Positions 27,072-36,369 of a DNA stretch of 64,000 nucleotides are shown here, one piece after another; positions within the stretch are counted from its first letter, which is position 1; each line of letters starts with the position of its first letter. The notes under the pieces are model-generated. The model had not been told where the DNA came from. It was given only the letters and a program-made list of their open reading frames with translations, and ran no database searches. Source of the DNA: an uncultured Anaerolinea sp. (GTDB lineage: Bacteria > Chloroflexota > Limnocylindria > Limnocylindrales > CSP1-4); contig CAZVDO010000001.1 of the NCBI GenBank assembly GCA_964625345.1, forward strand, positions 55,237 to 119,236, given 5' to 3'. Position numbers and translations under genes: made by a program.

Positions 27072-27860
27072 GTGACTGAACCCGCCGCCGATGCCCTGGC
27101 CCGCCTCTACGACCTCGACCTCGCGGTCGACCCCGGCGACCTCGACCTCTATCGCGCCCTTGCGGCCCGCACGGGCGGCCCGATCGTGGAGCTGTGTGCC
27201 GGGAGTGGCCGGATCGCCGTACCCCTCGCGGCCGAGGGGTACGCCGTCACCGCCGTCGACCTCGACCCGGCGATGCTCCGCCGGGCCGCCCGGCTCGCCT
27301 CGGCCTCCGGGGCCCGCGCCGTGGCGAATCTCACCACCGTGGAGGCCGACCTGTTCGACGGGGGCGTGCCCGGCGCCGGCGGCTTTCGCCTCGCGGTGCT
27401 GGCCCTCAACTCGATCCTGCTCCTGGGCGGCCCCCGCCGGCAGCGTGAGGCCGTCACGGTGATGGCGGGCCTTGTCGCCCCCGGCGGCGTCGTGGTGATC
27501 GATGCCTGGCAGCCGGTCCCCGAGGACCTCGTCCGGTTCGACGGGCGGACCGGCCTGGAGTGGCTTCGGACCGACCCGGAATCCGGCCGGAGCGTCGCCA
27601 AGACCGCGTCCGCGTGGTACGACGGCGCGACCCGGGCCGTGACCCTCGTGACCCTGTTCGACGAGTGGGAGCCCGGCGGGCCGGTGATGCGGCACGCGCG
27701 CGAGGATGCCCTCCATCTCGTCGCGGCCGAGGAGCTCGAGATGTTCGCCGAGGCCGCGGGCCTGGAGGTCGAGGTCGTCGCGGGCGACTACGACCTGACC
27801 CCGATGGGCCCCGGTGCCGACCGGACGATCGTCGTGGCTCGACGCCCCGACAGCCCGTGA
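27072..27860 (+). CDS. class I SAM-dependent methyltransferase
   Basis: Motif I VELCAGSGRIAVPLA and the acidic motif II AVDLDPAML. Confidence 0.7.
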   Translation: MTEPAADALARLYDLDLAVDPGDLDLYRALAARTGGPIVELCAGSGRIAVPLAAEGYAVTAVDLDPAMLRRAARLASASGARAVANLTTVEADLFDGGVPGAGGFRLAVLALNSILLLGGPRRQREAVTVMAGLVAPGGVVVIDAWQPVPEDLVRFDGRTGLEWLRTDPESGRSVAKTASAWYDGATRAVTLVTLFDEWEPGGPVMRHAREDALHLVAAEELEMFAEAAGLEVEVVAGDYDLTPMGPGADRTIVVARRPDSP

Positions 27861-27873
27861 TACCGTTCCGCCG

Positions 27874-29022
27874 ATGGCATCGAGCGACCAGATTCGCCTG
27901 CTCCTGATCGAGGACGTGCCGCAGGTTGCGCAGTACGTGCGCGGCCTGCTGATGTCCCAGAGCCAGGTCAAGTTGATCGAGGTCCTGACCGACGGCGGGA
28001 AGGCCGTCACGATGACGCCGGAACTGCGTCCCGACGTGATCATCGTCGACGCGCTGCTCCAGGGGCGGGTCAAGGCGACGAACGTGGTCGCCCAGCTGCG
28101 GGACGCCGGGTCGCGGGTGCCGGTGATCATGCTCACGGTGCCCCAGCAGCCGGTCGAAGCCGATCCCGAACACGGGATTGACGGCGTGCTCACGATGCCG
28201 TTCTCCGGCTACGACCTCATCACCCGGGTCAACCAGGTCCACCACGACGCGAGCGAGCGTGACGGGGCGGCCCAATCCAAGCTCGTGGCGGTGTTCGCGC
28301 CGAAGGGCGGCGTCGGCAAGACCACCCTGGCATTCAACCTTGCCGTCGCGGCCGGTCGCGTCGGCCGCAAGGCCATCGTCGTGGACGGCAGCATCCAGTT
28401 CGCCGACGTCCGCGCCCTGCTGCGGGTCCCGGCGGACGCACCCTCCATCCTGGACCTGCCGACCGATCGGATCGTCGAATCCGACCTCACCGACGTCGTG
28501 TGGCGGGACCCGTCCGGGATCGACATCCTGCTCGCCCCGCCGAGGATCGAGATGGCCGAGATGCTCACGGCCCGCGACCTCGAGAAGGTCCTCTCGCTGC
28601 TGCGCCGCCTCTACGAGCTCGTCGTGGTCGACATGTCGGTGGCGATCGACGAGATGAACCTCGCCATCCTGGACCGCTCCGACGTGATCCTCGAGATCGT
28701 GACGTTCGACTCGACGACGATCCACAACACCATCGCCCTGGCGGACACGTTCCGGGTGATCGGCTATCCGCCGACCAAGGTCCAGTACCTGGTGAACCGC
28801 GCCGACTCGACGGCCGGCATCGACCCCGCGGACATGGTTCGCGCCCTCGGCCGGGTGCCCGAGCACCAGGTTCGTTCGGACGGCGCGGTCATCGCCGCTG
28901 CCAACAACCAGGGCATCCCGTTCGTGCTCGCGAATCCGGAGGCGGGCGCGACGCAGGACGTCGATCGCATCGTCGCGGCACTGCTCGGGGCTCGAGCGCC
29001 GGTCGCGGCCGGAGCCCGCTGA
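27874..29022 (+). CDS. response-regulator receiver domain fused to a ParA/MinD-like (CpaE/TadZ-type) ATPase, copy 1
   Basis: ATG at 27874 (MASSDQIRLLLIEDV...). REC-like N-terminus (DVIIVDALLQG). Deviant Walker A AVFAPKGGVGKTTLAFNLA. ParA-like blocks follow. Confidence 0.8.
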   Translation: MASSDQIRLLLIEDVPQVAQYVRGLLMSQSQVKLIEVLTDGGKAVTMTPELRPDVIIVDALLQGRVKATNVVAQLRDAGSRVPVIMLTVPQQPVEADPEHGIDGVLTMPFSGYDLITRVNQVHHDASERDGAAQSKLVAVFAPKGGVGKTTLAFNLAVAAGRVGRKAIVVDGSIQFADVRALLRVPADAPSILDLPTDRIVESDLTDVVWRDPSGIDILLAPPRIEMAEMLTARDLEKVLSLLRRLYELVVVDMSVAIDEMNLAILDRSDVILEIVTFDSTTIHNTIALADTFRVIGYPPTKVQYLVNRADSTAGIDPADMVRALGRVPEHQVRSDGAVIAAANNQGIPFVLANPEAGATQDVDRIVAALLGARAPVAAGAR

Positions 29023-29027
29023 GCCGG

Positions 29028-29966
29028 ATGGCCGATTCTCGACCGATCGGGGTCTTCGACTCCGGGGTCGGCGGGCTCACGGTGCTCCGGGAGATCGTCC
29101 GGCGCGTGCCCGCGGAATCCACCATCTACCTCGGGGACAACGCGCGCGCCCCGTACGGCACGCGCTCCGACGACGAGGTGCTCGCGTTCAGCACGCAGTC
29201 CATCGACGCGCTCGTCGAGCACGACGTCAAGGCGGTCGTCATCGCCTGCAACACGTCCACGGCGGTGGCCCTGGGCGAGCTGCGGCGGCGCTACGACCTG
29301 CCGGTCCTCGGGGTGATCCGCCCGGGTGCGGTCACCGCGTCACTGACCACGAGGAACCGCCGGGTCGGGGTGATCGCGACGCCGGCGACCATCCGCTCGC
29401 ACGCCTACTTCAACGCCATCAAGGACGAGAACCCGGCGGTGGAGGTGTACGAGCACGCGACGCCCGCCCTCGTGCCCATGGTCGAGGCGGGACAGGTCGA
29501 TGGCCCCGAGGTCGAGGCCACGATTGCCGGTGCCCTGGCCCCGCTCCTGGGCGAGCGCGACGCGCACGGCGAGTTCGTCTTTCCGCTCCCGCCGTCGGCG
29601 CGGATCGACACCCTGCTGCTCGGCTGCACGCACTACCCGCTGCTCCGGGGGGCCATCGCGGCGGTCGCGGGCGATCGCATCGCCATCGTCGATTCCGCTT
29701 CCGCCACAGCCTCGGCGCTGGCCGACCTGCTCTCGATCAACGGGCTCGAGGCTCCGGGCAGCTCGCGGGGCACCGCGGCCGATGCGGGGCGTGCCGGCCA
29801 CGAGCCGCCGCCGGGACGCGCGGGTCCTCCCGTCCACGTACAGCGAACGACCGGAGACGTCGAGGCGTTCCGGGCCATCGCGGCCCGGATGTTCGGCGAG
29901 GCCTTCCCCGACGTGACCGCCATCGAGTTGCCGTCGCTCGCGCCGCTCAGGAATCGGGCCGGATGA
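29028..29966 (+). CDS. murI: glutamate racemase
   Basis: IGVFDSGVGGLTV, the VIACNTSTA catalytic Cys block, and the second Cys block LGCTHYPLL. Confidence 0.85.
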   Translation: MADSRPIGVFDSGVGGLTVLREIVRRVPAESTIYLGDNARAPYGTRSDDEVLAFSTQSIDALVEHDVKAVVIACNTSTAVALGELRRRYDLPVLGVIRPGAVTASLTTRNRRVGVIATPATIRSHAYFNAIKDENPAVEVYEHATPALVPMVEAGQVDGPEVEATIAGALAPLLGERDAHGEFVFPLPPSARIDTLLLGCTHYPLLRGAIAAVAGDRIAIVDSASATASALADLLSINGLEAPGSSRGTAADAGRAGHEPPPGRAGPPVHVQRTTGDVEAFRAIAARMFGEAFPDVTAIELPSLAPLRNRAG

Positions 29967-31291
29967 ACGTCCCGAAGCGAGGCACGACCGGACGCGATCG
30001 CACGCGGCGCTGGCAGACGGGCCTCATCCTGGGATCCGCCATCGGGATCGCCGCCACGGTGGCGAGTCGCGTGGCCGAGCGATCGGCGCGCCGCGGACTC
30101 ATCGACTGGGGCGACGTGGAGCGGATCGCGGTCCGCCGGGTGGCCCATGCGCCCGGCGCGCTCTCGGCGGTCGAACTGCGCGCGGCGGAGGCCGCCTACC
30201 GGGAGGCCATGGCGCAGGTGGCACCGCGCCTCGCCGCAGCCCTCGGGACCGAGCTCCCGGGCATCGTCGATAGGGCCGCCGTGGTCGATCGGGCGGGTTG
30301 GGTCGGGGCCAACGTCACCTCGTTCCGGGCGCTCATCTCGCGCATGGAGGGCGAACTCCTCGGCCAGGTGGTGCGTCCCGGGAACGACCTGGCGGCCTCC
30401 GCCATGGTCATCGCCAACCGGTGGGTCAGCAGCCGCCAGCTGGCCTACCTCCTGGGCTTCATGGGCACCCGCGTCCTCGGCCAGTACGACATCGCGCTGC
30501 TGTCCGCCGAATCCGAGGACGGCCGGCTCCTGTTCGTGGAGGAGAACATCCGGGCCACGGCTCGCGCGCTCGACGTGCCGGTCGGGCCGTTCCGGACCTG
30601 GATCGCGCTCCACGAGGCCACCCATGCCTTCGAGTTCGAAGGCCACCCGTGGCTTCGCCCGTACCTGGCGGACCACCTCGAGCGCCAGCTGACCCTGTTC
30701 AGCAGCTCCACGTCCTCGCTGGGCCGCGACGCCCTCCGCGCCATCGGGCGGACGCTCCGTGGCGAGGCCGAGGGCGAGCACTGGATGACCCGGATCATGG
30801 GCGACGAGCAGCGCGCCCTGTTCCTCGAGATGCAGGCCGCGATGAGCCTGCTCGAGGGATTCAGCGACTACGTGATGGACGAGGTCGGCGTGGGCCTGGT
30901 CCCCGGAATCGAGCGGATCTCCGCGCGCTTCCACGCCCGACGTACGCAACGCTCGCCCTTCGAGCGGGCGGTCCTGCGGCTGACCGGCATGGACCTCAAG
31001 CTCGAGCAGTATCGGCGCGGCGAGGCCTTCGTCCGGGCCGTGGCCGAGGCGCGCGGCCGCGCGGCGCTCGATGCCATCTGGACGTCCCCCGCGACGCTTC
31101 CGACCCACGACGAGCTGACCGACCCGGCGCACTGGATCGCGCGCGTGCTCGATGGGCGCGACCATGCCGCGGGCGCCGGCGACCCGATCGCCGCCGATGC
31201 TGCGCGCGACCCGAGCCACCGTGGCGAGCCAGCCGCCGCGCCTCAGGCCGCGACGACCGCCTCCGGGCCCGCCGCCGGGTGGTCCCGATGA
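29963..31291 (+). CDS. putative zinc metallopeptidase-like protein (HExxH, DUF2342-like)
   Basis: ATGA overlap with the murI stop. HEATH in WIALHEATHAFEFEGHPW. An N-terminal TM segment. The family assignment is from memory of DUF2342-type proteins. Confidence 0.55.
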   Translation: MNVPKRGTTGRDRTRRWQTGLILGSAIGIAATVASRVAERSARRGLIDWGDVERIAVRRVAHAPGALSAVELRAAEAAYREAMAQVAPRLAAALGTELPGIVDRAAVVDRAGWVGANVTSFRALISRMEGELLGQVVRPGNDLAASAMVIANRWVSSRQLAYLLGFMGTRVLGQYDIALLSAESEDGRLLFVEENIRATARALDVPVGPFRTWIALHEATHAFEFEGHPWLRPYLADHLERQLTLFSSSTSSLGRDALRAIGRTLRGEAEGEHWMTRIMGDEQRALFLEMQAAMSLLEGFSDYVMDEVGVGLVPGIERISARFHARRTQRSPFERAVLRLTGMDLKLEQYRRGEAFVRAVAEARGRAALDAIWTSPATLPTHDELTDPAHWIARVLDGRDHAAGAGDPIAADAARDPSHRGEPAAAPQAATTASGPAAGWSR

Positions 31292-32343
31292 CCCTCCCGG
31301 GGCCCGGCAGCGGCCCGGGCGGCGTGCCGCGAGCCATCGCCGTGAGCCCGATCCTGTCCGCGCGCGTCCGCGCCCAGGACCTCGAGCGAATCCGGGCCGC
31401 CGCCCCGGGCGCGAGGATCGTCAACCTGTCCGTGGAGGGCCTCGCGGACGGGCCCACGGAGGATGTCGAGGTCCTCCTGCGCGGGTGGCTGAGCTCCGAG
31501 GCGTTCGACCGACTCCTCGCCCGCGCGCCCCAGCTGCGGTGGGTGCACTCGGCCACATCGGGCGTCGAGCGCGCCCTCACCCCGGCGGCGCGCCAGCGGG
31601 GCGTCGTCGTGACCAACGCCCGCGGCGTGTTCACGCGGCCCATCGCCGAGCACGTGCTCATGCTGATCCTCGCGATCAGCCGGCGACTCCCGCAGCTCCT
31701 GGAGCTGCAGCGCGAGCGAACCTGGCAGCCGCTCGAGGGCGTCGAGCTGCGCGAGCTCACTGTCGGAATCGTGGGCTACGGCTCGATCGGCCAGGCCGTG
31801 GCGTCGCTCGCCGGTGCCTTCGGGGCCCGGATCGTCGCCCTCCGCCGGAACCCGTCGGCGGGCACGGGCGCGGATCGAGCCGGCGACGATGACGAGGAAT
31901 CCTTCCCGTTCCATCCGGTCGCGGACCGGGTCGTGGGTCCGGACGGCCTGCACGACCTCCTCGCCGCGTCCGACATCGTGGTCCTCGCGGCACCCCTGAC
32001 CGCGGAGACCGACGGTCTCATCGACGGGCCGGCCATCGCGGCGATGCGGCGCGATGCCTGGATCATCAACGTGGCCCGCGGCCGGCTGATCGACGATCAC
32101 GCCCTCCTGGAGGCACTCCGCGACCACCGGATCGGCGGTGCCGCGCTCGATGCCTTCCGCGAGGAGCCGCTGCCCCAGGCCTCGCCCCTCTGGGACCTGC
32201 CGAATGTGATCGTGACGCCGCACACAGCCTGGTCGTCGGCCCGGGTCCTCGACCGGAGTGTCGAGCTCTTCTGCGACAACCTCCGGCGGTATGCCGCAGG
32301 CGCCCCGCTCCGCAACGCGGTGGACCCGTCCGCCGGGTACTGA
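31288..32343 (+). CDS. D-isomer-specific 2-hydroxyacid dehydrogenase family protein
   Basis: ATGA overlap with the upstream stop. NAD-binding VGIVGYGSIGQAVA and the catalytic region INVARGRLID...VIVTPHTAW. Confidence 0.8.
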   Translation: MTLPGPGSGPGGVPRAIAVSPILSARVRAQDLERIRAAAPGARIVNLSVEGLADGPTEDVEVLLRGWLSSEAFDRLLARAPQLRWVHSATSGVERALTPAARQRGVVVTNARGVFTRPIAEHVLMLILAISRRLPQLLELQRERTWQPLEGVELRELTVGIVGYGSIGQAVASLAGAFGARIVALRRNPSAGTGADRAGDDDEESFPFHPVADRVVGPDGLHDLLAASDIVVLAAPLTAETDGLIDGPAIAAMRRDAWIINVARGRLIDDHALLEALRDHRIGGAALDAFREEPLPQASPLWDLPNVIVTPHTAWSSARVLDRSVELFCDNLRRYAAGAPLRNAVDPSAGY

Positions 32344-32480
32344 GGACCGCGCGCGGCACTGATTCGAGGATCGCGGCGGCGGGGCGTGCGCCCGGCGCCC
32401 TCGGTGGGTGAGCCAGGCAATCGATCGCGGTTGGACGTCCGCCGACGGGCGAGGGCCGCGTGGGGCAGAATCCCCCGGCT

Positions 32481-33584
32481 ATGCAGATCGCCATCGTGGG
32501 ACTCGCCGGTAGCGGCAAGACCACCGTCTTCAACACCCTGACCCGTGGCCACGCCGAGACCGGCGGCTACGGCGGACTGACCCTCAACGTCGGCGTCGTC
32601 AAGGTGCCTGACGAACGCCTCGACACGCTCGCCGCGATCTTCCACCCGAAGAAGATCGTCCAGGCCGACGTCACCTACGTGGACCTTCCCGCGCCGCCGC
32701 CGTCGCACGACGGCCGGGTCGGCACCGAGGAGCTGCCCGCCGAGCACCTGGCGCGGTTGCGCGATTCGGATGCCCTCCTGCACGTGGTCCGGGCGTTCGA
32801 GGACGCGGCGCTCCCGCATCCGGACGGCAGCGTGGACCCGGCCCGCGACCTCGAGCGCCTCGACCTCGAGTTCATCCTTGCCGACCTGTCGATGGTGGAT
32901 CGCCGACTCGAGCGCCTGGCGTCCTCGGGCCGGCACGGGACGCCGGCGGAACGCGAGGCCAACGAGCGAGAAGAGGCCATCCTCCGCCGGCTCAAGGCGG
33001 ACCTCGAGGCCGGTCGACCGATTCGCGACGCGCAGCTGGACGCCGACGAGACGAAGGCGATCCGCGGGTTCCGCTTCCTCACCGAGAAGCCCGTGCTGGT
33101 GTTGCTCAACGTGGGTGAATCGTCCCTCGCCGATGCGCCGGCGCTCGTGGCCCGGATCGCCCAGCCGTACCGGCACGAGCGGTCCCTCGTGGATTCGCTG
33201 TCGGCGCGGATCGAGATGGAGCTCGGCGAGCTCGAGCCGGACGAGGCGGCCGTGTTCATGGCCGAGCTCGGCATTGCCGAGTCCGGACTCGGGCGCGTGA
33301 TTCGCCTCTCCTACACGCTGCTGGGGCTCATCTCGTTCCTGACCGCCGGCCCCGACGAGGTCCGCGCGTGGCCCGTCCCGGACGGCAGCACCGCCGTGGA
33401 CGCCGCGGGGGCCATCCACTCCGACCTGGCCCGGGGCTTCATCCGCGCCGAGACCGTGGCGTACGAGGACCTCGTCGCGCTCGGTTCCATGGCCGAGGCG
33501 CGCCGCGCCGGCAGGCTACGGTCCGAGGGCCGCACCTACCGGGTCCGGGACGGCGACGTCCTCGAGATCCTGTTCAGCCGCTGA
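32481..33584 (+). CDS. ychF: ribosome-binding ATPase YchF (Obg-family, TGS C-terminal domain)
   Basis: MQIAIVGLAGSGKTT G1 motif, a coiled-coil insertion, and a C-terminal TGS-like domain (TYRVRDGDVLEILFS). ORF top at 32460. Confidence 0.85.
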   Translation: MQIAIVGLAGSGKTTVFNTLTRGHAETGGYGGLTLNVGVVKVPDERLDTLAAIFHPKKIVQADVTYVDLPAPPPSHDGRVGTEELPAEHLARLRDSDALLHVVRAFEDAALPHPDGSVDPARDLERLDLEFILADLSMVDRRLERLASSGRHGTPAEREANEREEAILRRLKADLEAGRPIRDAQLDADETKAIRGFRFLTEKPVLVLLNVGESSLADAPALVARIAQPYRHERSLVDSLSARIEMELGELEPDEAAVFMAELGIAESGLGRVIRLSYTLLGLISFLTAGPDEVRAWPVPDGSTAVDAAGAIHSDLARGFIRAETVAYEDLVALGSMAEARRAGRLRSEGRTYRVRDGDVLEILFSR

Positions 33585-33645
33585 GGCCCGGTCCATGCCG
33601 GACCCGTGGAGCGCCATCGCGCGGGCACTGTCCGCCCGCGACGGC

Positions 33646-34026
33646 TCAGTTGGGGTCGGAGGCGTCGGGGCGGAAGTCCGCGAGGATGCCGCGATAGTCC
33701 GCGTCCATTCCGAGGTCGTCATCGTCCGTGTCCTCGTCCTCCTCGACGTCACCCTCGAGGTCCGAGAGGAAGTTGTCCTCGTCGATGCGCGAGACGTTCA
33801 CCGCGGCGGTGAGCCGGTCGTCCGACACGTAGACGAAACCGTAGGCGCGCTCGAGCTCCTCGGCGATGGCCTCGATCAGCGAATCGGTCTGGTACGAGTC
33901 CTGGACCTGGCGCCGGACCGACTGGACGACGTGGAAGAACTCGTCCGGGTCCATCTCCTCCTCGCGAAAGAGGAGCAGGTCGAAGAACACGTCCCCGTCC
34001 CCCTCGTGAAGCTCGTAGAAATGCAC
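33646..34026 (-). CDS. hypothetical highly acidic small protein
   Basis: GTG at 34024-34026 gives VHFYELHEGDGD...EEDEDTDDDDLGMDAD. It is strongly Asp/Glu-rich with no recognised domain. Confidence 0.35.
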   Translation of the reverse strand: MHFYELHEGDGDVFFDLLLFREEEMDPDEFFHVVQSVRRQVQDSYQTDSLIEAIAEELERAYGFVYVSDDRLTAAVNVSRIDEDNFLSDLEGDVEEDEDTDDDDLGMDADYRGILADFRPDASDPN

Positions 34027-34088
34027 GTCGACGATCCTCGTCCCGGGGCCGGCTGGCGCGACCCACGCCCCGAGTATAGGCGGGCCGC

Positions 34089-35009
34089 ATGACCACGCCC
34101 GTGGTGGTCGGGGCAGCCTCGCGCGACCTCGTCGCCGACGATCCTCGTGGGTGGCGGCTGGGTGGCGCGGCCGCCTATGCAGGCCTGACCCTCGCGCGGC
34201 TCGGGTACGCACCGCGGATCATCCTCGGGGTGGATGCCCTGGCCGCCGAGGCGGTCGAGCTCGCGTGGCTCCGCGACGCCGGCGCGCAACTCCGCCTCGT
34301 CCACCTCGAGCGCGGGCCGGTCTTCCGCAACATCGAGCGCCCGGAGGGGCGAGCGCAACGGTCCGAGGGTCCGCCGGACACGATGGCCTGGGCGCCGGGC
34401 ACAGACCCATCGGACGCCGCGGCCTGGCTGTTCGGACCGGTCGCCGGGGAGCTGGATCCCGCCTGGGCCCGTGCGCCCGGACCGGACGCGATCGTCGGAC
34501 TCGGGTGGCAGGGACTGCTCCGCCGCCTGCCCACGGACGCGCACGTGGAGCGACGCCCACCCGCCCGCTCGGACCTCCTGGATCGGGCCGACGTCGTGGT
34601 GGTCAGCCGCCACGACCTCGACGGCGATCCGGGCCTGGACGCGCTGATGGCGATGGCGCCCCGGGCCTCGACGCTCGCGCTGACCGACGGATCCCGAGGA
34701 GGCGTGGTCGCACAGCGAGGGGCGGACACGGCGCTCCACGTCCGCCGCTATCCGGCCGTGGCAGCCGCGCGGGAAGTCGACCCGACGGGTGCAGGCGACG
34801 TGTTCCTCGCGGCCCTCATCGCGGCACGACTCGGCCATCCCCTCGCCGGATCGGGCCGGCGGGGTACGGACCTGCGGTTCGCCGCCGCCGTGGCATCGCT
34901 CTCGGTCGAGGCGCCGGGTCTTGAGGGCGTGCCGGGCCTGACGGCGATCGCGGCCCGCCTCAGGGACTCGCTCGGGCGGGCACGTCCAACGGAACCGCCC
35001 GGCGGCTGA
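34089..35009 (+). CDS. PfkB-family carbohydrate kinase
   Basis: A C-terminal DPTGAGDVFLAALIAARL anion-hole/ATP motif on a ribokinase-like fold. Confidence 0.75.
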   Translation: MTTPVVVGAASRDLVADDPRGWRLGGAAAYAGLTLARLGYAPRIILGVDALAAEAVELAWLRDAGAQLRLVHLERGPVFRNIERPEGRAQRSEGPPDTMAWAPGTDPSDAAAWLFGPVAGELDPAWARAPGPDAIVGLGWQGLLRRLPTDAHVERRPPARSDLLDRADVVVVSRHDLDGDPGLDALMAMAPRASTLALTDGSRGGVVAQRGADTALHVRRYPAVAAAREVDPTGAGDVFLAALIAARLGHPLAGSGRRGTDLRFAAAVASLSVEAPGLEGVPGLTAIAARLRDSLGRARPTEPPGG

Positions 35010-36366
35010 TCCGGCGACGCAGTCGTGACGCCCGCCGGCCGAGGTCGAGCTCGAGGCCGGGTCGCGGCAGGCCGGTGAAGCGCGATCGCTCGACCAGGCG
35101 CAGCGCCGCGTGCGTCGCCGCGAGCGCCGCCTCCGGGTCCCGACGCCGATGCTCCCGCAGCTTGGCGATCTCGATCCATGCCCGCGTGGCGATGAGGCCC
35201 CCACGCTCGGTGAGCTCCAGCCAGGCGAGTTCTGCCCCGTCGTACCGTCCGGTCCGGCGGAGCAGGCGCGCTCGATCGATGGCCAGGCGGTCGGGCGTCC
35301 ACGGGGCGTCGAGCCGATGTCCCGCCCGCTGCCACGACGCCGGTTCGGCGCGCCGCGGAGGACCCCCGAAGTCCGCCTTCCGGCGGGGCGACCACCAGGG
35401 ATCGAGGTCCTCGCCCGTCCGGTGGCCGGCTGTGGGCGCGAGGACGGGCTCGGCCGGCAGCGGCGCGCTCGATTGCGCGACCGCCTGATCGAGGCACGCG
35501 AGCGCCTCCTCAAGGCGGCCGTGCGCCGCGAGCGTGCGGGCGAGGCCCGCGAGGTCTCCGGCGGGCGCCGCCGGCCGGGCCGCCGGGTCGGCCAGGTGGG
35601 CGTCGACATGGGCCACGATCCGCGCGAGCGAGCGGACGTCTTCCTCGTTGTGCCGGACGATGCCGAGCAGGCGGGCCGGTTCCCCGTCCCGCAGGAACTG
35701 GAGGTAGCGCGCCGGGATCTCCCAGCCCGGCACGTCGTCGTGGCGGGCGAGCCCCAGGAGGTGCGTCTCGGCCGTCTGGAGGCGCGCATCCGGCAGGCGG
35801 TGCCGGAACAGCCGTCGCACGAGCGGCAGCAGGTCCAGGTGGCCGGCATGCCGGGGCGCCGGGCTCCCGTGCATCCGGAAGCGAGCCTCCATGAGGGGCC
35901 AGTCGAAGCCTCGGCCGTTGTACGTCACGAGCCAGGCGTGCGCCGGAAGGTGGCGTCGCAGCTCGTCGAGGAGCGCGGGCTCGTCGGCGTGGTCCGGCAG
36001 GAGGAGTTGGACCTGCCGGAAGGCGGGCCCTTCCCACCAGCCGAGGCCGACGAGGAACGCGAGCGTGCCGGCCGCGGTGGCCAGGCCGGTGGTCTCGGTG
36101 TCAAGGCAGATCAGCGGCACGTCGGGTCCCGGCTGGCCGGGCAGCGTGGCCAGGCGCCGGCGGTCCACGGGGATGATCGCGGTCCGTCGCTCGACCCGGA
36201 CGAAGGCGCCGCGGGGGGTCCGGACGAGCTCCCCGTCGAGCTCCGCGGCGAGGCGCTCGGCCCCGACCTGGGCGGCGCCTCGGGTCGCGCCGGGAACCTC
36301 GGACCGCGATCGCGACGCGTGGCCCTCGCGAAAGTTGGCGAACCGCCGCTCCAGCGCGACCGTCAT
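34960..36366 (-). CDS. mrfB: MrfB/YprB-like DEDD 3'-5' exonuclease (RNase H-like) with C-terminal helical repeats
   Basis: Exo I motif ICLDTETTGL, and downstream YNGRGFDWPL and H-x4-D-like blocks. Lies immediately downstream of mrfA with a 4 nt overlap (ATGA). Confidence 0.65.
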   Translation of the reverse strand: MTVALERRFANFREGHASRSRSEVPGATRGAAQVGAERLAAELDGELVRTPRGAFVRVERRTAIIPVDRRRLATLPGQPGPDVPLICLDTETTGLATAAGTLAFLVGLGWWEGPAFRQVQLLLPDHADEPALLDELRRHLPAHAWLVTYNGRGFDWPLMEARFRMHGSPAPRHAGHLDLLPLVRRLFRHRLPDARLQTAETHLLGLARHDDVPGWEIPARYLQFLRDGEPARLLGIVRHNEEDVRSLARIVAHVDAHLADPAARPAAPAGDLAGLARTLAAHGRLEEALACLDQAVAQSSAPLPAEPVLAPTAGHRTGEDLDPWWSPRRKADFGGPPRRAEPASWQRAGHRLDAPWTPDRLAIDRARLLRRTGRYDGAELAWLELTERGGLIATRAWIEIAKLREHRRRDPEAALAATHAALRLVERSRFTGLPRPGLELDLGRRASRLRRRISRRAVPLDVPARASP

Positions 36367-36369
36367 GGG

